From assembly GCA_934747965.1 (NCBI GenBank), contig CAKVHI010000005.1, positions 16,856-80,855 of the forward strand: a stretch of 64,000 bases of DNA. Direction: 5' to 3'. How positions within the stretch are numbered: the first letter of the stretch is position 1; each line of letters opens with the position of its first letter. The notes below the pieces were generated by a model that was given only the letters and a program-made list of their open reading frames with translations, searched no databases and was not told the DNA's origin. The stretch is from an uncultured Clostridia bacterium (GTDB taxonomy: Bacteria; Bacillota; Clostridia; Christensenellales; UBA1242). A program made the position numbers and the translations under genes. Below, one piece after another: positions 58,701 to 62,800 of this stretch.

Positions 58701-59547
58701 ACGAATTAACAGTATAACAATTAGTGAATATAGTAACAAACACGATGGTAAAACATATTCAAGTTCATTCAGTTTTATGTATTACGATTACGTTACCAAT
58801 AATGAAAGTAATAATAGTCCGTTTGGTTATTGTGCTTATTATTGTTCATTTGACAAGGATGGTAATTTAATCAAATGTGAAAACAAAGAAGGTAGTTATA
58901 CAATTAATTTGCCTGAGAACATAAAAGATAGTTTGCAAACTGTTACAAGCAAGGCTTATTATGAACATCATGTTATAGATGGAGAGAATAATGACATTAT
59001 TATTCCAAATGTTGAGTCTGATAAATTAGCAAATTTAAGAATGAAATTAACTTTAAAAGAAGATACAGAAATTTGCTTTACTCTTGTTGACGGAAGTGAA
59101 ATTTACAAAACAAATGATATTGTGTTGAAGAATTTATTTACAATTAGTCTGGTCAAAGAAATTAAAGATGAAAATGGTAAAATAATTGATTATGAAGAAG
59201 TTGAAACTTCAACAGGTTATGAAGACCAAATTATAACCATAAACGGTCAAGAATTTGTTGGCAAAATTACTTTTGGCAAAGATGCTAAAGAAAATATAAG
59301 TAGTGAAGAAGATTTAATTTTAGGTTTTAAATTTAAAGTTACTTATTCAAATCTTAGTATTAATCTTAACATGGTAGTGGGTAACACACTTGGACAAATA
59401 TCTTTGCCAACAGGCTTTAGTTTTGTTGAAAGTTTAGACACTGAAATTACAGAAAATGGAACATATCATGTAAATTATAAATTTCCGGTTGACGGCGTAG
59501 AATACGAAATTAAAAATATTACTCTTAAAAACACAACAAACGGATAA
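40756..59547 (+). CDS. Giant surface lipoprotein (6,263 aa) with Ig-like (Big_2-type) modules and multiple GLUG-type beta-helix repeat blocks
   Basis: Uninterrupted 18,792-nt ORF. Start set at ATG 40756 (SD GAGAGGA 5 nt upstream), not the track GTG at 40699. Signal peptide 'MKLKKILTILVFSVLAFTGAVFGC' has a lipobox Cys at residue 24. Big_2-like 'NLYFKIVDGNSIVLDNNTGVVTAQSAGITKIRVYA'. Dozens of 'VGG[LIV][VFAI]G..N.G.I.N' units. Stop TAA at 59545-59547. Confidence 0.9.
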   Translation: MKLKKILTILVFSVLAFTGAVFGCKDKYANFSIQVNGQNEITLRAGDYATDEYPNSREIEILIKNAPNNNCRNISYSVSQNNIVSIEEISSTSKDIKRYKITALDNISAFEPSTVITFKTSEGNKSCDLKVNVQIPLQSISANLAYNSFVVSDNKPYYIDASKALTYFPKNTTDRDVEFSLVEGLIDGVTLTLNGEIKVDEEKYFGQENISGKIKVRATSKTKSESYADFYVSVLRDIKLSDLTLGYDLNGVKYSYSGDVSEEEENYENSISFLTKNGITLSSNVNELKNANFSVKINESFGLNFEQIETKFESLILSNILVESNYSKDDNNTKNYIIYTKNPGKDVLNITIKYKSVENYSKEIQIPVTVLEYPTSLVVNNNAGERYDIFDYYKNNVRGQEFAVSISQIGAYNDKFKVLISEEDFNFVEIRYQDELLGYNELTSRAFANNSSLFVIAKEIQNETKEIKLTFYSDILKDKNLEEITDDFNKKLIKEISLNLVPGVRSLSFETQINQKETFYLEKSNKEFNVPFVVNNSTNGIKSLNEFINLEIVSGEDLVEISKDVDQGKFVLKSKNKTGLVEFYLKSQNGIETAHKKLLIYSGLDDSQTNPFEFVLSSSNIKTVVNENNETKYYIGSTYGKNSANFNVLNKYDATIYNAEIKSSNNAVKATVLDAENLLFNLYASENIEEKVTITVTIWVYNDFDKVNEDGNLCKKIEIDFDIYTYEPLQSVKFNNGQLFDRITLTDGEGLDVDSLNNKLNMLDLNKLINIQGTTTNVTKKVIFPSELIEGADYDVENKDELFDAIYFHVYKNHQNKFIDGKFVFGLTIEVYDLVGSNESYRLTLTVELKEQTKPEKVVIKNNGGFVYLDNLGNGLSQIEAEVVGENRKEATNKNLYFKIVDGNSIVLDNNTGVVTAQSAGITKIRVYAKASKYSSSGDYSIFSDVYVVSADGSKSFPYILQNNQFIENSYYTLNENVVLNSSLSLNIKGIDGKFRYAKYSNLYDENATYSLIFNGTGSVFEKEEFVGELENLNVIYNKNSITINSKNFGLIASKNSGTIKNVNLIVNSLTIHNNAENNNIGLYFAENVGNIENCTISSAESDYASILIDGKGANFGGFVAINKKDGDKCGSITSGFDFLKTNNHSVARLRIIDLTSAQDHCVAGLVSENSGNISGVQIEAKIESNAKFVGGIVGKIVSENIKYKNLHFNGSLISKNANSVVGGISAYVSSNFSEDGTDFNLIFVEFTESIADNSTHFSGHTVGGLFGSVNFGGQNRTNVKYAYAQNFAKVGQNSSNLKGDVVGGLVGTNASLLNITAVYSDVKILCEKDAKGAFVGAMKANTEIDNAYSYVTGVDSLFGEREENKILKLVKIYSTTSKQEKLSNDNFVSFFDKDNYASVLTLKNGNGEFVFNDNKYFACFSAQNGGLPYLVYNETDGFKKLMTVVATSINARFVVKNAVENSNNEYVYGNAENIIVVKDDELNKAVIYFNKNLQFNVEDILNITTTPYDANKNFEFRSLNNNVLSIVNGKLIINSVGNATVEISSKYNTNVKTYAYISVVDKIETFEVENKIVIANGKTKEVNAKILPKTANNGLYFVVTSDLADKILINNKQVQENVVYHLDSRTVITALDTCKGIIKVYPLTMVKFGEQDYVFIDFVNKKEIDFSVINSAKSVVASVNSIIVPENEKLEFEVYVDCTESENDQQLKFDDIENLTKYFEIDASKIEVGLNSTKFVVSVKAKDLALSQDQPFTFIIHHVLSGEISDAFAKVDVVLKSSKLQSVELNHFSSSVTYYKDYDIINKETIPNFNIVKGNYGVLSINLYPSYANVTNIDVTSSIQNGHRINFSQLKLESENKLTVTSCKDTLWTGIKLNVDRDEIKENGGNLFVATLLTTDILDDTVFTITVTCYNSLGQKYEPVSINLKAKALTTLMLTNPNGSDEFFAPRGGELKIDVNPINMDEDFKIGAENFEFTIEDRNLNQVTFNGNVTEKNGFNFLYDKETKSLFGYKIENGQLVVLSDLQNKRNTILKITPKYKSFVYGKETESVGASIEVKVVDFFVEGISVSDSSDNILKNSLGNSTILKADLLVNSCKEFKYLDSNSNEISGFSYEGGQVIFDNLSRELELSNINLSIESLTNSISKSNYSWNLITQNSSGNLIYNNIKENTTYTNFLVNKDDSGFYYVIGKNVSENRMIVKANLSYENGQVLLKQNSDYEISSEFMLDIKTQSSLDNPLPIYSANDFSQMLAGGDYILMNDITLDENFAGIDTEISSFDGNNKTINIQSFLISSTNQTNLGLFNEIKENTIIKNLKVNILPSLCYAENDYFYGLNINAQMLNSLNFGVICGVNKGVITNCKVVNNNFKIVNNANVFGELKIFVNVNENIEAFVGGLVGVNEGYITNCGVGLNSNDYSNSMIIESKAQMGGLVSVNSKKIAGSYVLNTAIYNNSLSKITGGFVSENQNGAVISTSYVQGYSEKPLEIHESLKDGGIFANGNVGGFVAINEGNVKDCYSNILISTNKRSSGFVYDNSNGYVETCISLSNSSSKTQSFRPFTGNDEENISLNNYGIKYCYYKSEESDLNGGEGEFDEPANGIMNFSDASYFEGFICDDTESSIWSFNKNLMPRLVDADKNIVCERELINSVSSQTEKYQYIYINNNIGILNNPIVVSTTEQFFDALTNENNLYSYYFNGKIRKTNINYNYISIVKDLDLSKIIDKNNNETNTTNEVQKLQDIIFAGNLNGNSMLLENITITAKNDKLKYSSFGLFKQIGVELTYDNSLKIGNEKLDKDNCSVIKNAYFEIDGISATITKTVGTLSGEVINSKLYNINIYNNNNVVVTGNNIVGGVAGRISGNSFVKGVSSNLSVKATFENKTSNYDYLVANSKKVYRYAYNSVEDNINENANIVGGIFGVVDIYQTQIKNFTQHSDGSSYYLDAEITRDNDYLFDNANIQFTQVSGNVQLTGDIVGGLFGYVLNGSKIYDAKFVLNESNTQNLIAGYAVGGVAGINKGLISYATVETQLLRQRVIDKTSQDGYLTSYLFSNANNKAYFVGGLVGVLQNGVLNYSYSKANITAKNSRFVGSSVGAFINSRIEYVYANSYLEAQDEDVQNGVILTQKGYAGFIGTITDFSNSSRISHAVSIIRNTKNSNKFNLSKFVGYNQCKNIDGSKINFEYSNDVEEIDVVGGNSFENNGVGYSYNKYITYDSGTFNGYSNSDCFVRIINKDTFFRLTYNKKGSVTEINNENDLRNMFSNGECVLTKDIYLTSPWEPISEFKGSFYSAKRENRQEGQSEYYKIYNLTINEKSKNVANNVGFFASTSGATISNITFVVGSNFVDPGDGQDPTETDPNWGSDNSKDKIRRGINIINTNVERSYALGILSAQDNGSKITNITLEFSEINDSTDTNVILTNLNYVGGLIGKAVDTNIDGVTIKNLSLKRTTTKNFDAYVGGLIGYVKNTNSEDIKNISFVGNNNVYNLQGKENERSYVGGLFGQIINSKIDGFSVLKEDSKLSVTHNANGVSGARSNVHVGGVAGNIQNVALSKIILNETSVEFTNTYNNLNSVYAGGVAGYAQEANYEDIIVPTSSSVVVLDNSQTSTSSNFVGGLFGQSVGGTLKNVLCSAEVSLEAISSNGQTNVGGLIGRNGNKNNDKFIKGTTLNNIICRGTIIVKDKGKSDCCIGGLIGYNIEADMQDSVFLGSVKYFVQKLENIGGLVGANKNRYKNENGFDLDGKDNNNKNFNGCFFVEDLALLPARNVEYAEYSIDNKGIVSCVGVVKYADFVDESNKILTNRNNDKISCLDKVRSILNNISSIENFEDISEINGETITFKEGSVFNPYIISSEENLKDYKEDKYHLIKKDDLQISTTINKVDENGISLDFNAIIIGNGNKIILNSTSFAQKIAKNGVISGVQFELAGTDKTTFNGNEFVNNVSFIIANENSGVIYNCAIKGNMYVDNKSVAPVVIKNAGIINVVSSMSHIVVKGLTIDNTYASGFVIKNSGAIYNSITTGNIEFIDNNYNIASVNTETSKIFGFVQENSDTIVNCISAQTLPLTSDLGSNSQPHASFGGVNATGKFANCYVDMLANGYFSGRNIPNGQSYVDFNSMFNKENGYIRKGSLSNLWSENDAQVMYGYAYPCISSYKNTFAILFNTKTNEGYYKVNNLSAFNFVIDSLNNNNDVTSINIKQIASFMGGVSKITLSGTTDAYVQKPIELKKSLKYDGNNFAINLLHLSSNLIESEGIKNSYTGLFYTLSENVNITINNVALLNAKFDIVFAENKKNNELSNVANNIYAGAFVALNKNGITKISNCYVEGTMKTIQASSPNFSTAKVMCVGGFVGLSGDKEGNKISSCVSKLNINLDYLTATKSFNKETANEIGYASFVGGFVGKLEKGTITNNFNFADVTCASSKTASVGGIVGAINAGAITKNVMFGVVSYKGAYLSYYKNNNNNKLNYNINAIAGDIGAGCTTEDSGIKNQYNNLLNLVGDLNITETSLTVLMDYVDANLNNVNNFAVENSETKVFEKPEYEVVNSNNLTLESNKNYIVNHSGEINISLKDENLEKNLTNTKVLFASECTVTVTENLFNKLENCVISNLKIVSEQNLTTVSLAKEIVNTKLYKITVSNICFDRNGNDVKNDNNLGNIVAVGGVVDIARSSILKSVKVENGRVKFDAQNAGNTNADYACIGGVAGYAISTLFEDCQNTATITTEHSTQNYSTLKTAGILGLSQNGYLFKCINSGLVYAKNGNKNATTQNYVAGIVNAFNSSNVISFCKNENTVKGVNNKVSNDEGNCVGGISTNGTVLFSINKSNVLSIAASNNEYIQSAGIMASEDKSGSVMYSYQLGSVMSQKNAYAITPAQANYCYSIGGGFTVNGTLNLNGNKTNNCYTYKDIIENKDNWFNDFTDISDFVVDTEQDIKLPRIKLLDETAFTLTETIYKDEDTNTEKIAYKISNAFELWYWSVYKSADGKSVSIVDDIDMTGYTYFTPICGENITIDGNFHTISNLKIVETTDGTNKYWGFVGKNAGTIQNINFENPRITIDNISQQSSTTQSSTTSGESTTSENTIFEDNNYISIVAGLNLGKIDNITVGQVGDTSSFININFITSDMKRQYTKIYIGTVSGQSSGTVSNCNVINLSLQAIDSSITQTANSGFMFSFEGLNIENYVGGIVGCNDNTISNCNFISKIKSHLTNMHTFGMGTTVSAGETNVDIDLYRICSDAKQYVGQIVGKGTCANDCYSPKTINLIDMFTKNNYGEEKYSSESSSYTVPIMDFDMSKFGAVLASGAIKGAKSFGLGAIVEITKQATVSAINKGTIESVFNNSGLRETAPGSFVEIRIDSVENPNPNYIYISPYVSGFENSSPYIALMNGTDNSKFGKLPYNENFLSLSQSKKAPKSENGNYYIYDINELAYALSEYSNKTLVLMDNIDMTRKVWDVNTLNKNTIIDNGFKIVYGSNTGFKDKFETIFGEDFATNILTCETSSANEYGKFETLTKNPTEIAYENFIERFKKVWKAEYSKTNNVTPAGLDSKFNELGNNETTFVVQYSSQLEVIADAMAEYTACGRLHKGINFTGKTIIIDNNVELTENLLSLDRYNYDKNDNKAPNFVTEGMFDDDTTIKYGENIENIYQTFNGTIKSRDGKNYSIKLTNNKQCLLQVLGHSGKIKNLTLNAEAIKDINVDSNSNTSSLGVVENYGEINNFNVVSANALTISRKINFIDHFVGVDTDNSKLYSSACLIFGLYCGYNAGTIQNCNFTNRNLTIQIETTVVYFDENIITINNNGTNTEVNIDTHETYSGYNRITTATNYVGVVSGLNINNICDIKINSATLTINSTAENENLKDGKTSEIECGLGAGFVSGMNNFIKDYTTSYTDSETKEKKNINLRNILVFESEIQANDLSYVSAGLISGVSELGFSGCKVLDSNITTNIADNENVTTGAISGRLMPKVYKTTEKYESVEVYTSYLPEVESCVSSNINLFGRINSITISEYSNKHDGKTYSSSFSFMYYDYVTNNESNNSPFGYCAYYCSFDKDGNLIKCENKEGSYTINLPENIKDSLQTVTSKAYYEHHVIDGENNDIIIPNVESDKLANLRMKLTLKEDTEICFTLVDGSEIYKTNDIVLKNLFTISLVKEIKDENGKIIDYEEVETSTGYEDQIITINGQEFVGKITFGKDAKENISSEEDLILGFKFKVTYSNLSINLNMVVGNTLGQISLPTGFSFVESLDTEITENGTYHVNYKFPVDGVEYEIKNITLKNTTNG
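43606..45060 (+). repeat. GLUG-type beta-helix repeat block 1 (protein-level repeats)
   Basis: Opens with 'ADGSKSFPYILQNNQF'. Contains 'NFGLIASKNSGTIKNV', 'VAGLVSENSGNISGV', 'FVGGIVGKI', 'VVGGISAYV', 'TVGGLFGSV' and 'VVGGLVGTN'. Closes with '...NGGLPYLVYNE'. Confidence 0.6.
47461..58700 (+). repeat. Series of about nine further GLUG-type beta-helix blocks (protein-level repeats)
   Basis: Block-opening heads lie at about 47461, 48760, 50471, 52261, 53231, 55601, 56960 and 57380. Each is followed by many 'VGG.(V/F/A)G' and 'N.G.I.N(C/S)' units. Boundaries are approximate. Confidence 0.5.
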
Positions 59548-59556
59548 ACTAAAAAA

Positions 59557-59600
59557 TATTTTGCCCTACCAAATTTTTGGTGGGGGCAAAAATAATTTTT
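59557..59600 (+). terminator. Terminator after the giant gene
   Basis: TATTTTGCCCTACCA, loop, TGGTGGGGGCAAAATA (imperfect GC-rich stem), followed by ATTTTT. Confidence 0.55.
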
Positions 59601-59816
59601 AATTTAAAATTAAATTTGATATAATTAAGTAAATTTATTGCAAAAACTAAAAAATATAAATAAACATAAACTTTATGAAAAAAAACAAAATAAACGAAAA
59701 AATATTAAAAAAACATGGGAAAAATTTAAAAAAATTTAAAAAAAATTCTGAACAAAAGAAATTTTAGTTAAAGTTAAATTAAAAACAAATTTTAACAAAA
59801 ACTAATAGGAGAAACT

Positions 59817-62800
59817 ATGAAATTAAAAAGAGTTGTTCTTACAGTTTTAATAATGATTCTTGGGCTTTGCGGCTCGCTTTTTGGGTGCAAAGAAAAACCA
59901 TTAAAACTCTCTATAAAAGAAGGTGAAGAAGAAGTAACTAAAATTTCTTTAAGTTTGGATGAAATCAAAAAGTCTGAAAATTCTCAATCGCAAGAAAGTG
60001 AAGAAAATACTACAAATGAAAGTACGGAAAATGAAGAAATTGTTGACTTAAGTCAAAAAACGATTTATGTTTTTGCAGAAAATGCAAATCAAATGTTCAA
60101 AAATGGTTTATTAATAAGTTTTAGCGAGCAGAATGTTGTTAAATGTACGCTAAATGCAAGCGAAACAAATAAGTTTGCTGATTGTTATGCATTCGACATC
60201 AAAGCGATTCAACCAAAAAATGTAGTTATTACATTTGAAACTTACGATAAAAAAACTAACATAACATTGCTTGTTGAAGTTTCACAAGATTGCGAAAAAA
60301 TTGAAAAAAACATTCATAGTGAAAATTTTGTGATTATGCATGAAGATAAGCAACTATCAAACAATATAGTTAAATATACTCCACAAACAACAACAAACAC
60401 ATCTATTTTGTTTAAACTAGCAAAAGAATATGCTGGTCTAAATTTAACTGAAACTGGTTTGCTTACATTCGCTGATGACTTTGATGAAAGTTTGACAGAA
60501 TTTTATGTTAATGTTTATCACAAAAATTACGATGAGAGTGATGACACAATAAAATCAAATTATGTTGTTGAAAATATAAGATTTGACATTTTAAGGAAAA
60601 TTGATGAAATTGTTGCGACAAAAGATGGCGTTAAGCAAACAACTTTAGAATTTGCAACAAACAAGGGAGATGGTCTTGATTATCAAACAATAGAATTTAA
60701 AAAAGTTGTCAACACTATAAGTGGAGTAAGTTATGAAGATATTGATAATTCTTACGAACTCGTTTACTATTTAAAATCTAACAATAATTTAGTAAACATA
60801 AAGCCCGATGAACAAAACAATTTTAAAATAACAATTTCTCAAAATGGTCGTGATGGAAGCGATGTTTTGGTTGCAAAAATTCAAAACAAAACATGGAAAT
60901 CTTATTTTTCTAAAGAAATTGAAATTGCAATCAACATAAAAACATATCCAAATTCAATTTATGTTAATGATTCTAAAACGCTAAGCGAATTTGTTATTTA
61001 CGATAACTTGCAAAAGAAAGAACTTGAAATAAAAATAAATGAAGGTTTTAATACTGATTTTAAGATTACTGACTATCAATCAAACTTAATCAATTTGACA
61101 TTTGAAAATGGCGACACTGTTTGGCCCGGTGCTCTTATTAAAAGTCGAACCAAAATTTTCTTATCTTGTGATGAATTTATAAATTTTGGCACAGAAAATG
61201 AGAAAAACGCATATTTCACAATTCAATCTGTTGGAAATCAAGACCTTACTAAAACAATAAATGTGAGAATCATTAAAAGCATTGTTGATGTTAGCATTTA
61301 TAACGACAACAAAGAAATTTCAAATCAAATTGAAATTTGCAAGATTAATCTTAATGGCGAAAGTACGGTTACTAAATTTGATATTAAAACAGATAGTAAA
61401 TTGATTATACCTAGTTTTGAAATTGAAATTGAAAATACGAATATTGTTAAACTCGAAAGTGTTGTAAACAAAACAAATCAAAAGAGTTTTAGTTTAATGG
61501 CTTTAACAACTGGTCAAACTTTGGTTACTTGCAAATTCGATAACGGACTTGTTAAATATTTTACTGTAAAAGTTTATGCCGGTATCAAAAATTTTGATGT
61601 TAAGTTTGCTAATCTAGTTAATATTGGAAAAACCGATAAAACAACTATATCTGACAACGGAACAGAATTTGAAGTGTTTAAATATTACATAAAAAATCAA
61701 ACAGTTTCATCTTTATATTTTGAGGCAACAGATATTAACAATAGGATTGTTTATGACAGTTATATTATCAGCAACAACTATGAAATTATAAACAATGAAG
61801 CAAACATTGCTTTGTCTAACGCTGATAACAAACTTTATGCTTTAAAATCTACAAACAAAAGTCAACTTTTAACCATAAAAGCCCAAATATTAGCAATGGT
61901 ATTTGATGAAAATAGTAACAAGTATGAACAAAAAACATTAACAAAAATCTTTTGTGTTGAAGTTTACGAACCTATAAAAAATTTAAGTTTAAGCAAAAAC
62001 TACGTTGAATTGTTTGCCAAAGATTCATTAGGCTATGAAGATTATGCTAAAAGTGAAAGTGAAATAGAAATTTTAGTTTCTCCAGAAAACGCAACCGAGT
62101 TTAATTTTTCAAACATAAGTTTTGTTTGTTACTCTGATGGGAATAGTGTTAGTCTTGATTTTGTTGGAGCGACCAAAAATGGTACAGATAGCGAAAATAA
62201 CCAGATTTATAAACTTTCAGGCAACAAATTAAAGATTACGGCTGAAAAATTAGATAACAAAACAACAGATACAGCAACGATAAGTTTTTCTGTTCAAGAT
62301 TATGTTGGGGCACTTTTCACAACAAAAATAACAGTTAAAGTTACAAAGGCAATAACGCCTGAAAAAATAATTGTTGAAAACGTCCAAAAAATTTCTGATA
62401 GCAGTGAAGAAAAAGATTATTTATATTTTAATTTGAATTTAGACGATAAGCAACAAGGCGTAAATATTAATCCAACAGTTTATCCTTTAAACAGTTTAAA
62501 TTCAGATTATGATTTTGAAATTATAAATGATGATGAAAACGATGAAGAAGATATAATCACATTCGATAAAGCAAAAGGCGTAGTTTCGCCTTTAAAAGCG
62601 GGCAAAGGCCGACTTATCTTAACTCCAAAAGGCTCTATCTCAAAAGATGATGCTGGTAACAAAATATATAAAAATCAAAAAGTAATTTACATAACTGTTG
62701 CAGACGGAGAAAAAATTCCATACAGCATTTCATCTAAACAAGAATTGTTAAATTTGTGCAAAGAACAAGAGATAGACGAAAGTAATAAAGATAAATTTAT

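Noticed and set aside
40756-59547. Zinc-metalloprotease (IgA-protease-like) domain, sortase signal or diversity-generating retroelement target in the giant gene
   Set aside because: No HExxH motif and no C-terminal LPxTG-plus-TM were found. No reverse transcriptase or template-repeat copy is present anywhere in the window.
59675-59767. 30-codon Lys-rich sORF (MKKNKINEKILKKHGKNLKKFKKNSEQKKF) between the two giant genes
   Set aside because: It has no SD or abutting promoter. The peptide composition simply reflects the poly-A-rich intergenic DNA.
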